The notes: generated from the letters alone by a model not told the origin. A stretch of DNA of 25,662 bases from Deinococcales bacterium (GCA_043778225.1 JAYWGM010000043.1:1-25662); one strand, 5' to 3'; shown: positions 9,195 through 17,856, numbered from the stretch's first letter. A program made the numbers and translations.

Positions 9195-10673
9195 TTAGCG
9201 CTTACTTGCTAACCAAGCATTGACTTGACGTTGTTCTTCGGCAATTAAACGATCTTGACCTGCTTGTTTTAGGGCAGCTTGAAGTGCGTCTAATCCTTTT
9301 TCGACATCGATATTACCGCGCTCGAGTGGGTTGGCTTTTTCTTTAAGAACAGCCGAAATCTGGGCAATTTCAGTTTTAACTGGGGTTGGGTCAAAGACAA
9401 ACCCGAGTAAAACCGAAGGTGTAGCTGATTGGTTTGAACGACGGCTTGATTCCCATGCACCAACTTGACTTGGGGTTACATAATGGGCGTTGAATTGATT
9501 GCCAAACATCCAATCGGTGTTGGGATTATAACCACTGCTTTCAGCAGTTACACCTTGTGGGAAGCCAATTAAGCGTTGGGCGCGATTAACCCATGCCCAG
9601 TGCTGACCTTCGATACCTTTAGCAAGCAAGTTATAAACGGTACGGTCAGTGTTCAGTAACTCGAGGAACATCAGTGAACGCTCTGGATTTGGGCTGCTCT
9701 GACAAACGGCATTCAAGGTGGCAGTCACACTACCGGTGGTCAGGATTGCCTTAGCAAGTGGAATTTCGATAAAGTCAAACCCAAATTGGGCTTTGCGTTC
9801 GCTTGCCCCGCCTGGTTTAATAAAGTGAACAAAACCAGCGTACTTACCATCTTTCATTGCCGCCGTTGCATCCGAGCCAGAAAGCGGGTTGGTGGTGTAG
9901 AAGCCCGACTGGGCGAATTTACGTTGTACCTCGAGTAAACGCTTGTATTGCGGGGTGTCGTAGGGACTAAAAATTTTGGCGGTTTTGTCGTTATGACCAA
10001 CTGCTCCTAAAACACTGATGGTATCGAGGTCAAGTAATTTTTCAGCAATCAATGTGCCGTAGAATTGATCATCGGACAATAATGGTGTGACTCCAGGCTC
10101 ACCTTTTTTAACGGCTGCCAGAAAATCGGCAATGTCGTCAATGCTGTTGATTTTACTTTGGTCAAGTTTATATTTCAGCACCAAATCACGACGCAGGAAC
10201 AGCCCGACGCGATTGGCAAAATTTTGCTGATTGATAACCGCACTGATTTTGCCATTAACTTTGGCGGTTTCCCACACGGCTTTGGACATACTGCGGTAAA
10301 GACGTGGCGCATATTTAGGTAGCAAGGTATCCAAAGCAGCAAAGTTGCCTTGTCTCGAGTTGCGGTAAAAATCGTTAATCCAAGGTGCGGTAAACACCAT
10401 GTCGCATTTTTCGCCAGCCGCAAATCCAAGGTTCATTTTTTGATCAAATGCACCCCAGTCAATTGGCTCGAGTTTAATGGTTGCGTTGATTTTTGGTTTG
10501 ATGTACGCATTCAGGGCAGCTTGAATTTTAGCCACGTCTTTTGGAACAACACCAGGGTAGCTGTAGGTCAGTTCGACTGGAGCAAGGGTTGTTTGAGCTT
10601 GTACTTGTAAGGCAGCCGCGCCAAGTACCACAGCCCCAAGCCCAACCGAGAGTAATTTAATTTTTGCTTTCAT
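9195..10673 (-). CDS. Carbohydrate ABC transporter substrate-binding protein (LplA/DUF3502-like)
   Basis: Signal peptide ending VQA, KINATIKLEPIDWG, NPERSLMFLELLNTD, GIEGQHW and LGFVFDPTPVKTEIAQ. GGAGG RBS. Confidence 0.9.
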   Translation of the reverse strand: MKAKIKLLSVGLGAVVLGAAALQVQAQTTLAPVELTYSYPGVVPKDVAKIQAALNAYIKPKINATIKLEPIDWGAFDQKMNLGFAAGEKCDMVFTAPWINDFYRNSRQGNFAALDTLLPKYAPRLYRSMSKAVWETAKVNGKISAVINQQNFANRVGLFLRRDLVLKYKLDQSKINSIDDIADFLAAVKKGEPGVTPLLSDDQFYGTLIAEKLLDLDTISVLGAVGHNDKTAKIFSPYDTPQYKRLLEVQRKFAQSGFYTTNPLSGSDATAAMKDGKYAGFVHFIKPGGASERKAQFGFDFIEIPLAKAILTTGSVTATLNAVCQSSPNPERSLMFLELLNTDRTVYNLLAKGIEGQHWAWVNRAQRLIGFPQGVTAESSGYNPNTDWMFGNQFNAHYVTPSQVGAWESSRRSNQSATPSVLLGFVFDPTPVKTEIAQISAVLKEKANPLERGNIDVEKGLDALQAALKQAGQDRLIAEEQRQVNAWLASKR

Positions 10674-10715
10674 AATAATGCCTCCTGAAACTATAAAACT
10701 ATTTTGTTGAGTAAG

Positions 10716-10733
10716 AAAACCGATTTAGTAAAA
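10716..10733. promoter_or_regulatory. Putative LacI-family operator upstream of the SBP gene
   Basis: AAAACCGATTTAGTAAAA; its reverse complement contains TTTACTAAATCGGTTTT, found at 12817-12833. Confidence 0.7.
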
Positions 10734-10762
10734 TGCAATTGTGTAGTATCTTGTTGACCCCC

Positions 10763-11686
10763 TTATCCTTTGACCGAACCAAGCGTCAAACCACGCACGA
10801 AATACCGTTGAAGGATTAAAAAAGCAAACGCCATTGGACCAGTTGCCAGCACCGCCATTGCCATACGAACACTTTGGGTCGGAACATCCACCGCACCAAG
10901 TTGACTCGAGGCTTGTTGGTTAGAGGTTAAGAAATTGATGTTATTAAGGATATTAAACATCAGCAGTTGCAATGGGTATTTTTCGGGGCTTTTTAAGTAC
11001 AACAAACCAAGGAAATAATCATTCCAGTACACCAAAAGCATCAGTAAGCCAACCGTTGCTAAAGCGGGCAGAGAAAGCGGTAAAGCAATACTAAAAAAAA
11101 TTCGCCATTCACTCGCCCCGTCAATTCGGGCTGCCTCGAGAATTTCATTGGGTAAACTTGAAAAATAAGTACGCAGCAGCAAAACGTAAAATGGCACAAC
11201 CAAGTACGGTAATATCAGGACAGGAAAACCATCCGAAAGCCCTAAATAACGGGTATTGAGAATATAACTAGCCACAATTCCACCATTAAAAAGCATCGTA
11301 AAAAAGACCATAAACGAAAGGGCTTGGCGGTATCGAAACTCGACTCGAGACAGTGCATACCCTAGCAGTGCCATAATCAGTAAACTCAGGCTTGCGCCAA
11401 TTGCCGAAACGCCTATTGAAACGCCATATGAACGCAGGATTTGGGTTGGGTCACGCAGAATATAGTTATAAGCCTCGAGACTAAAAACAGTTGGAATAAA
11501 CTGATAACCATAACGCGAAATACTTCTGTCATTGGTAAACGAGGCAGCCACAATCAGCAGCAAAGGCAGCAAGAAACACAAGCTAACCACAAACAAAAAA
11601 CCGTGTAAAGCAATTCTCGAGAGCAGCAAAGGTTGTTTTTTACGAACCAAGCCTTTTGAGGAACGATTGATAACAGTTACAGACAT
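10763..11686 (-). CDS. Carbohydrate ABC transporter permease (LplC-like)
   Basis: Multiple hydrophobic segments, EAA loop EILEAARIDGASEW and QRYFVRGLTLGSVKG C-terminus. Confidence 0.92.
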   Translation of the reverse strand: MSVTVINRSSKGLVRKKQPLLLSRIALHGFLFVVSLCFLLPLLLIVAASFTNDRSISRYGYQFIPTVFSLEAYNYILRDPTQILRSYGVSIGVSAIGASLSLLIMALLGYALSRVEFRYRQALSFMVFFTMLFNGGIVASYILNTRYLGLSDGFPVLILPYLVVPFYVLLLRTYFSSLPNEILEAARIDGASEWRIFFSIALPLSLPALATVGLLMLLVYWNDYFLGLLYLKSPEKYPLQLLMFNILNNINFLTSNQQASSQLGAVDVPTQSVRMAMAVLATGPMAFAFLILQRYFVRGLTLGSVKG

Positions 11687-11697
11687 AAAATCCTTCC

Positions 11698-12645
11698 TTA
11701 AAAGAGGGCGCGTTCAGGGTCGCGCCAACGGACAATCCAATTGGCAACAACAATCAATACAAAGCCAATCACAGACTGATAAAACGCGGCTGCGCCAGCC
11801 ATTCCAAAGTCGCCCAGATTGCGTAATGCCCGAAATACAAAGGTGTCCACAACATCGGTTGTTGGATAAAGCAGACTTTGGTCTCTTGGGACAAAATAAA
11901 ACAATCCAAAGTCAGCAAAGAAAATTCGTCCAATCGCCAGCAGCACCGTCATGATTACAAGCGGCATTAAAAAAGGCAGGGTGATAAAACGAATTTGCTG
12001 CCATTTTGTAGCCCCATCTATCTCGGCGGCTTCGTAATAGGTGTGGTCAATGCTGAGTAGTCCAGACAGGTAAATAATCACCGAGAATCCAACCGTTTTC
12101 CAAAGGTTGGTAATAACCAGAATGACCGTCCAATACTGCGGTGAGGCATACCAGTTGATTGGCGCTTGTCCAAACGAGATTAAAATTCGATTGATCATGC
12201 CATTGTCTGCGTCGAGCAAAGCAAACATAAAGTAACTGACGATCACATACGAAATAAAGAATGGGAAAAACAAGGCGGATTGATAAAAACTCGAGAGGGT
12301 TTTTCCGACCCGACTGCGCGATTGAGATTCGCCAATCATAATCGCCAGGGTCAAAGCCGCCACCGTTGAAGTGATAATAAATAAGCCATTGAGATACAGT
12401 GTGTTCCAAGTAATGCGCCAAGTTGATTCTGAGCCAAACAAAAATTCAAAATTCTTAAAACCAACCCAAGCACTGCCAAATAAACCATCCAATGGACGGT
12501 ATTCCTTAAAGGCAATAATCATCCCGACCAATGGAATATAACTAAAAATCCCAAGCAAAATCAGTCCTGGTATGGTCATGGCAATAAATTGCCAAGTTAT
12601 AGCGCTATCAAAACGACCACGGCGCTTGGTAGGGGTGCGAATCAT
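11698..12645 (-). CDS. Carbohydrate ABC transporter permease (LplB-like)
   Basis: WVGFKNFEFLF, YYEAAEIDGATKWQQ and TDVVDTFVFR. GGAGG RBS. Confidence 0.92.
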   Translation of the reverse strand: MIRTPTKRRGRFDSAITWQFIAMTIPGLILLGIFSYIPLVGMIIAFKEYRPLDGLFGSAWVGFKNFEFLFGSESTWRITWNTLYLNGLFIITSTVAALTLAIMIGESQSRSRVGKTLSSFYQSALFFPFFISYVIVSYFMFALLDADNGMINRILISFGQAPINWYASPQYWTVILVITNLWKTVGFSVIIYLSGLLSIDHTYYEAAEIDGATKWQQIRFITLPFLMPLVIMTVLLAIGRIFFADFGLFYFVPRDQSLLYPTTDVVDTFVFRALRNLGDFGMAGAAAFYQSVIGFVLIVVANWIVRWRDPERALF

Positions 12646-12722
12646 GATTGTCCTCCCAGCCAGACAGCCATAGAGCTTGCCTTGGGTGGTATCTCGAGTA
12701 ACTTGGTTTGCTCTAAATTCAT
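12642..12722 (-). CDS. Putative 26-aa leader/small peptide MNLEQTKLLEIPPKASSMAVWLGGQS
   Basis: AAGGA 5 nt before ATG 12722; its TGA overlaps the permease ATG (ATGA). Confidence 0.35.
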   Translation of the reverse strand: MNLEQTKLLEIPPKASSMAVWLGGQS

Positions 12723-12810
12723 GCTGTCCTTTGATAACTTAATCCGCACAAGGTTATTCCCAGAATTTGCCGCCATAAAATGGACGATGCAAATCTTGTT
12801 TGGCTAGAAG

Positions 12811-12833
12811 AATCGGTTTACTAAATCGGTTTT
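12811..12833. promoter_or_regulatory. Tandem putative LacI operators
   Basis: AATCGGTTTA followed by CTAAATCGGTTTT: AAAnCGnTTT pseudo-palindrome with central CG, directly downstream of the leftward -10 box. Confidence 0.7.
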
Positions 12834-12836
12834 GTA

Positions 12837-12866
12837 ATCTTAATCCTAGGCTTTTGCAATTGTCAA
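12837..12866 (-). promoter_or_regulatory. Sigma70-type promoter of the sugar operon
   Basis: TTGACA (12866-12861)-N18-TAAGAT (12842-12837). Confidence 0.6.
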
Positions 12867-12897
12867 GCCTTCCTCGAGAAATCCTAAATCGCCCAAG

Positions 12898-12954
12898 TTG
12901 ACACCACCAAAGCGCTTAACGTATCCTCGAGCAATCTGATACTAAATCGGTTTA
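12898..12954 (+). promoter_or_regulatory. Promoter and autoregulatory operator of the LacI gene
   Basis: TTGACA (12898)-N18-TATCCT (12922), then TACTAAATCGGTTTA at 12940-12954. Confidence 0.65.
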
Positions 12955-12986
12955 TCTTTGATTAACTTTTACAAAAGGGGATTGAT

Positions 12987-14012
12987 ATGTTGGTCACAAC
13001 CATGATGCACGTTGCACAAAAAGCTGGGGTCAGTAAATCCACTGTTTCACAAGTGCTTAATGGACGTGCCAAAGATTTCAACATCAGCAACGCAACCATT
13101 GAACGAGTCAACCAAGCCGCCCTTGACTTAGGCTATGTTCCCAACACCGTGGCACGCAACCTACGCGCTCAGCGCACTGGACAAATTGGTGTGGTGGTGG
13201 CTGCCCTGACCGACATGGAACAATCCTTACAACTGACCTTTGATGGCGCATGGTTACTCGGTATGAGTACCGCCGCTCGGCAACATGGGTTTACATCGGC
13301 GCTGCTGCTCGAGCAACCCGAGAGCGAACCGAATCTTAATTTATATTACGATGGACGCATCGAAGGCTTGTTGTTACGCTGTGACCCGCGCCATCCACAT
13401 CCGCTTCTGGCTAACCTAACCCCAGCCCGTATTCCTATGGTTGCCGTTTGGACCCAAGAAGCCCCAATTGGCATTGGTTATGCCGACGTGGACCACTTTG
13501 GTGGTGCAGAAATTGCCATTCATCATTTACTCGAGTTAGGGCATCAAAAAATTGCATTTTTAGATTCAGACTCGGACGAAAATAACAATCATTTTCGTTT
13601 GCGCTACAATGGCTACAAAGAAGCCCTTGAGGAAGCAGGAATCCGTGTTAAAACCAATTGGCATCAACGCAGTGTCAGCGCTATTCTCGAGTTAATTCGT
13701 GGTAAAACCCCAGTCACTGCCGTATTCGCCGCCAACGATGTGCGCGGCGTAGAACTGGTACGGGAATTAACTCGAGTTGGAATTCGTGTTCCTGAAGATA
13801 TTTCGGTGATTGGTTTTGACAACATCATTGGAGCAGCTTTCCTCGATGTCGAACTGACAACCATACATCATCCGATACGAGAAATGGCACTCGAGGCAGT
13901 CAAGAATCTGGCTGATTTAATCCAAGGTAAACCCTATCAGGACTGCCGTTCAATCGTACCGACCTACTTGGTTAAGCGCAAAACCTGTGCGCCTGTCAAG
14001 AAACTAAAATGA
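12987..14012 (+). CDS. LacI-family transcriptional regulator
   Basis: HTH TMMHVAQKAGVSKSTVSQVLN, hinge LGYVPNTVARNL, LGHQKIAF, VPEDISVIGFDN and LTTIHHP. Confidence 0.95.
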   Translation: MLVTTMMHVAQKAGVSKSTVSQVLNGRAKDFNISNATIERVNQAALDLGYVPNTVARNLRAQRTGQIGVVVAALTDMEQSLQLTFDGAWLLGMSTAARQHGFTSALLLEQPESEPNLNLYYDGRIEGLLLRCDPRHPHPLLANLTPARIPMVAVWTQEAPIGIGYADVDHFGGAEIAIHHLLELGHQKIAFLDSDSDENNNHFRLRYNGYKEALEEAGIRVKTNWHQRSVSAILELIRGKTPVTAVFAANDVRGVELVRELTRVGIRVPEDISVIGFDNIIGAAFLDVELTTIHHPIREMALEAVKNLADLIQGKPYQDCRSIVPTYLVKRKTCAPVKKLK

Positions 14013-14063
14013 CTGGGCGCTAGTAATCAACATCAAAAAGTATTTCTTGGGAAAGTGCCCAAA

Positions 14064-14417
14064 TTAAGAACCAATGCCCCAAGTGCTTGCCCAGTGGCTA
14101 ATGGCAATAAAAATCGGGCGTAAGGCATCGCCTTTGGCAGTCAGGCTGTATTCAACTCGGACTGGTGTCTCTGGGATAACATTGCGTTGTATCAGCCCTG
14201 CTGTCTCGAGTTCTTTAAGGCGTTCTGAAAGCATTCGGCTAGAAAGTCCGGGTATCGAAGTCTCGAGGTCACTAAAACGGGTTGTTTCATGAAATAAACT
14301 GTAAAGAATAGCGGCTGTCCAGCGTTTGCCAATTAGCTCAGTAGCCGTATGAAACATTGGGCTGAATGGTCCGTGGGTGAATTTTTTGTCGGGTTCAATG
14401 GGAAGTTTTTTGTCCAT
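14064..14417 (-). CDS. HxlR/DUF24-family winged-helix regulator
   Basis: ELIGKRW, RFSDL..IPGLSSRMLSERLKELE and PVRVEYSLTAKG. Confidence 0.93.
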   Translation of the reverse strand: MDKKLPIEPDKKFTHGPFSPMFHTATELIGKRWTAAILYSLFHETTRFSDLETSIPGLSSRMLSERLKELETAGLIQRNVIPETPVRVEYSLTAKGDALRPIFIAISHWASTWGIGS

Positions 14418-14425
14418 ATTCTATT

Positions 14426-14491
14426 GTTACTAAAAATAAGTGACTTGACAAGAGTAACCATGTGGGATTATCCTTACTTACGAATAATAAG
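14426..14491. promoter_or_regulatory. Pirin-MFS promoter with putative HxlR-type operators
   Basis: GTTACT-N7-AGTGAC (14426-14444), GTGACT-N7-AGTAAC (14440-14458) and weaker CTTACT-N7-AATAAG (14473-14491). TTGACA (14445)-N18-TATCCT (14469). Confidence 0.7.
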
Positions 14492-14519
14492 CTGCTTATT
14501 ATGCAGGTAGGAGAACATC

Positions 14520-15368
14520 ATGCAAACCCAAAGAAGTCTTCGTTCTAACGCAATTATGCCGCAACACCATATGAACCAGTACCTCAGTACCTACAGTCCA
14601 CGCGGCACAATTCCCGATAACCTCGACCCATTCCTGACCTTCGACGAATTCCACATGAGCCGCCCAGTCTTCCCACCACATCCGCACGCTGGATTCTCGG
14701 TGCTGACTTATGTTTTCGAGGATTCCCAAGGCGCAATTATCAACCGCGACAGTTATGGCGACCACAGCCGCATCGCCCCCGGTGGACTGCATTGGACTCA
14801 AGCTGGACGCGGCGCACAACACGAAGAAAATCCTGAACGACCTTACCAAGACACGCACGGACTGCAATTCTGGGTTAATCACTCGAGCGCAAACCGTTTA
14901 ATTGACCCTAAAGCCATTCATGCCGAACCAAACGAAATTACCGAAACCTTCCCAAGTGCAGGTTCTCGAGTTCGAGTGCTGGCTGGACAAGCCTACGGAG
15001 TTCAAGCGACCTTTACCCCAGTCACGCCAATCGTGCTGCTCGAGCTTCATTTAGAAGCCAACGCCAGCCTGACCTTAAACGCCCCTCGAGACCACACCGC
15101 GCTTTTAACAATTGTGCGTGGCAGTGCCAAGATTGGGAATTCTTGGCTCGAGACGCACACTATAGCCACTTTTGAAACAGATGGGGATACAATTGACCTT
15201 GTGGCTGGTACAAACGGCTTAAATGCCTTATTTGCCAGTGCCAAACCGCTCAATCAAGCAACGGTTTTTGGAGGACCTTTTGTGATGGACAACCAACAGC
15301 AATTGCAAGAAGCCCGAAATCGTTTCCAACGTGGCGAAATGGGCTTGTTAGACTCGAGTGCTGAATGA
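14520..15368 (+). CDS. Pirin family protein
   Basis: DPFL..DEF, FPPHPHAGF, WTQAGRGAQHEE, GLQFWVN and GGPFVM. Confidence 0.93.
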   Translation: MQTQRSLRSNAIMPQHHMNQYLSTYSPRGTIPDNLDPFLTFDEFHMSRPVFPPHPHAGFSVLTYVFEDSQGAIINRDSYGDHSRIAPGGLHWTQAGRGAQHEENPERPYQDTHGLQFWVNHSSANRLIDPKAIHAEPNEITETFPSAGSRVRVLAGQAYGVQATFTPVTPIVLLELHLEANASLTLNAPRDHTALLTIVRGSAKIGNSWLETHTIATFETDGDTIDLVAGTNGLNALFASAKPLNQATVFGGPFVMDNQQQLQEARNRFQRGEMGLLDSSAE

Positions 15369-16519
15369 ATCCATCACCGCTACTTCGGGCTACTCTGCTG
15401 GCAATCTCGACTTTAACAATCATGGCAGGCGCAACCATTGCCCCCGGACTGCCACGAATGCAAACGCATTTTGCTGATGTTCCAGACGCTGGCTTACTGG
15501 TGCGTTTGGTACTGACCATCGTGGCGCTTTCGGTGGCGGTATTCTCGCCAATCGCGGGTCTGGTTGCTGATAAATTTGGGCGTAAACCATTGCTTATCTT
15601 TGGCTTAATTCTTTATGCTGTGGCTGGTACAAGTGGACTGTACCTCGAGACACTGCCAACACTGCTGCTTGGGCGGGTGCTGCTGGGCATTGCTGTCTCG
15701 AGCATTTCTACGGCACTGAGTGCCTTGGTTGCCGATTACTTTGAAGGTATAGCTCGAGGTCGTTTTATTAGTTTGCAAAGTGCTTTTACCAGTTTCGGTG
15801 GCGTGATTTTCTTACCGCTCGGTGGTGTCCTTGCCGATATTGGTTGGCATATGCCCTTTGCGGTTTACTTTGCATCGCTGATGATTTTGCCCTTTGCTTG
15901 GAATGCTCTGACCGAACCGATTCGTGACCGCAAAAAAAGTACCTCGAGCCAAGCCGCCCCACCACTTATTTGGGTCATTTATGCGCTGGCGTTTATCAAC
16001 TTTGTGGTTTTTTACCTTGGACCAACCCAAATGCCATTTTTCTTACAAAATGTAGTTGGACTCAAACCAAGCGTGACTGGCTATGTTGTGGCACTGTTTA
16101 CGCTTTCGGGTGCAATAGTGGCACTGCAATACTCGAGATTACGCCAACGTTTTAACGAACCAACCCTGACAGGTATTGGTTTTACTTTGCTCGGCGCTGG
16201 TTGGCTCTTATTTGGAAGCACCCAAAACCTTTGGATTATTTTGCTGGGCATGGTTATTTCAGGGGCTGGCGGCGGCATTCTCAACCCAAACTTTGCCACT
16301 TGGTTAGCCAATCTAGCCCCAATAGAAGCTCGAGGACGAATTTTAGGGGGTTTAGGCACAGCCATTTTTCTGGGACAATTTGTATCACCCATTCTGGCAC
16401 AACCGATTGTGGCTGCTTGGGGCTTAAATTCTGTCTTTAGTGTTGGTGGTTTGATTGCGCTTTTGACTGCGACGATTGTGATGGTTGGCTTTTGGATGCA
16501 GGGCAGTAAAACGGCTTGA
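15365..16519 (+). CDS. MFS transporter
   Basis: Many hydrophobic segments, motif A GLVADKFGRKP and GRVLLG. Overlaps the pirin stop. Confidence 0.93.
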   Translation: MNPSPLLRATLLAISTLTIMAGATIAPGLPRMQTHFADVPDAGLLVRLVLTIVALSVAVFSPIAGLVADKFGRKPLLIFGLILYAVAGTSGLYLETLPTLLLGRVLLGIAVSSISTALSALVADYFEGIARGRFISLQSAFTSFGGVIFLPLGGVLADIGWHMPFAVYFASLMILPFAWNALTEPIRDRKKSTSSQAAPPLIWVIYALAFINFVVFYLGPTQMPFFLQNVVGLKPSVTGYVVALFTLSGAIVALQYSRLRQRFNEPTLTGIGFTLLGAGWLLFGSTQNLWIILLGMVISGAGGGILNPNFATWLANLAPIEARGRILGGLGTAIFLGQFVSPILAQPIVAAWGLNSVFSVGGLIALLTATIVMVGFWMQGSKTA

Positions 16520-16527
16520 GTATTCTT

Positions 16528-16712
16528 ATACCAAATTTCGGAAGTTCGTAAGAACTTCTTGACCCCAAAGATAGCACCTTCGGGCTTGGGTCGCTTCTCG
16601 ACCAACGGGAGTGGAAAAAAGACCGTCTTTGACGGATACGGCGTATTTCGCGCTTTTTGGGAAATACAGAGTATCTATATAAAGACGGTCTTAGCCGTGA
16701 AATTCGCGGCTA
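16528..16712 (+). repeat. Multi-hairpin intergenic element (small dispersed repeat, MITE-like element or structured RNA)
   Basis: GAAGTTC-GTAA-GAACTTC; GACCC..CC-TTCG-GG..GGGTC; nested hairpin AAGACCGTCTTT(16619)...AAAGACGGTCTT(16692) with inner GATAC/GTATC and GTATTTC/GAAATAC; TAGCCGTGA-AAT-TCGCGGCTA. Confidence 0.6.
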
Positions 16713-16876
16713 TCGGTTGGTGCTTGGTCACGTTCAAACATTACGTAATCCCGAATCACTCCAGCTATTCGCAGTCGGTAATCCTCAAAAATTGAAACTC
16801 GTCCTTTGGCTTGTGCGCCTCGGTGTTGCTCGAGTGACCGCTGCGATTTCGTCACGAAAAAACGAGAGCGATATTT

Positions 16877-16953
16877 TGGTGGGTCCACGGGGACTTGAAC
16901 CCCGAACCTAAGGTTTATGAGACCTCCGCTCTAACCGATTGAGCTATAGACCC
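16877..16953 (-). tRNA. tRNA with CAT anticodon, probably tRNA-Ile2 (lysidine-modified) rather than Met
   Basis: GGGTCTA/TGGACCC acceptor stem, TAGCTCAATCGGTTAGAGC D-arm, loop CTCATAA, GGTTCAAGTCC T-arm and encoded CCA. The G1-C72 pair excludes initiator tRNA; G3-C70 favours Ile2 (inference). Confidence 0.93.
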
Positions 16954-16962
16954 GAACAAGAT

Positions 16963-16992
16963 AGTCTAATCAATAACTCGCTTAGCTGGCAA
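16963..16992 (-). promoter_or_regulatory. tRNA promoter
   Basis: TTGCCA-N18-TAGACT, 9 nt upstream of the mature 5' end. Confidence 0.55.
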
Positions 16993-17004
16993 GTGCAAAA
17001 TAGC

Positions 17005-17856
17005 TTAGGTGGGCTGACACTCGAGAATCACCAATTCGGCAGGGCAAAATAGCCGTAGCGGAACTCCGCCGCAACCCAAACCCCTCGAGACAAAGCCAAG
17101 TGTGGTTTCTTGAATAAAGCCTTGCTGATACCGCTCGCCGTACCTAGTGACACTGGCTAGTGCGCCAATTCCCGGAAGGCGGATTTGTCCTCCGTGGGTG
17201 TGTCCAGAGAGCATTAAACCAACTCGAGCTGATAGTTTGGGCAGAATATCAGGGTTGTGCGACATCAGCAATACAGCTTGGTTATTACTCGCTCCAAGAA
17301 TCGCAGCCCGACTGTTGACTTTGCCATGCCAATAATCGTCTACGCCGCCGAGGTAAAGGTCTGGGCGCAAGGTTTTTCCAGCATTGACCAGGATTGGAAT
17401 ACCGTGCTGCTCGAGGTTGCGAATCAGGTCGGGAATTCCGGCTGCACCGCTCCAACGCAAAGAATAATCATGATTGCCCAAGCTGGCATAAGCCCCGAGC
17501 GGCACATTTTTGAGTGGCTCAAGGGCTTTGGCAAACTGCTCGAGCATCGCATAACCGCGCTGTCCGTGTTTTTGGAAAGCATCACCATGTACCAAATCGC
17601 CAGTGATTAACACCAAATCAGGTTTTTGCTCGAGGGTGGCTTTAACCCACGCTTCTGCATGGCTCAGCCCGTGCGATGCGCCAAAGTGTAAATCGGTTAA
17701 ATGGGCAATTCGTACAGGGGCGGTCAGTTTTGCGAGTGGCAGGGTGTGTTTTGAAACCACAAAACTCATGGCTTGGGCGTATGCCCCAGCTATGGTTATG
17801 GGCGGTACAGCCAAGCCCGTTAGCAGCAAATTGCGTAAAAAAGTACGGCGGTTCAC
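17005..17856 (-). CDS. Calcineurin-like metallophosphoesterase (YkuE/YaeI-like) with twin-arginine-like N-terminus
   Basis: RRTFL, TDLH, TGD, GNHD, SHNPD and SGHTHGGQ. Confidence 0.92.
   Translation of the reverse strand: MNRRTFLRNLLLTGLAVPPITIAGAYAQAMSFVVSKHTLPLAKLTAPVRIAHLTDLHFGASHGLSHAEAWVKATLEQKPDLVLITGDLVHGDAFQKHGQRGYAMLEQFAKALEPLKNVPLGAYASLGNHDYSLRWSGAAGIPDLIRNLEQHGIPILVNAGKTLRPDLYLGGVDDYWHGKVNSRAAILGASNNQAVLLMSHNPDILPKLSARVGLMLSGHTHGGQIRLPGIGALASVTRYGERYQQGFIQETTLGFVSRGLGCGGVPLRLFCPAELVILECQPT

Noticed and set aside
16657..16911. ORF with a GLSREIRGYRLVLGH segment faintly like tyrosine-recombinase box II
   Set aside because: No HxxR motif or properly placed catalytic Tyr, and it overlaps the hairpin element and the tRNA. 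Too weak to call an integrase remnant.
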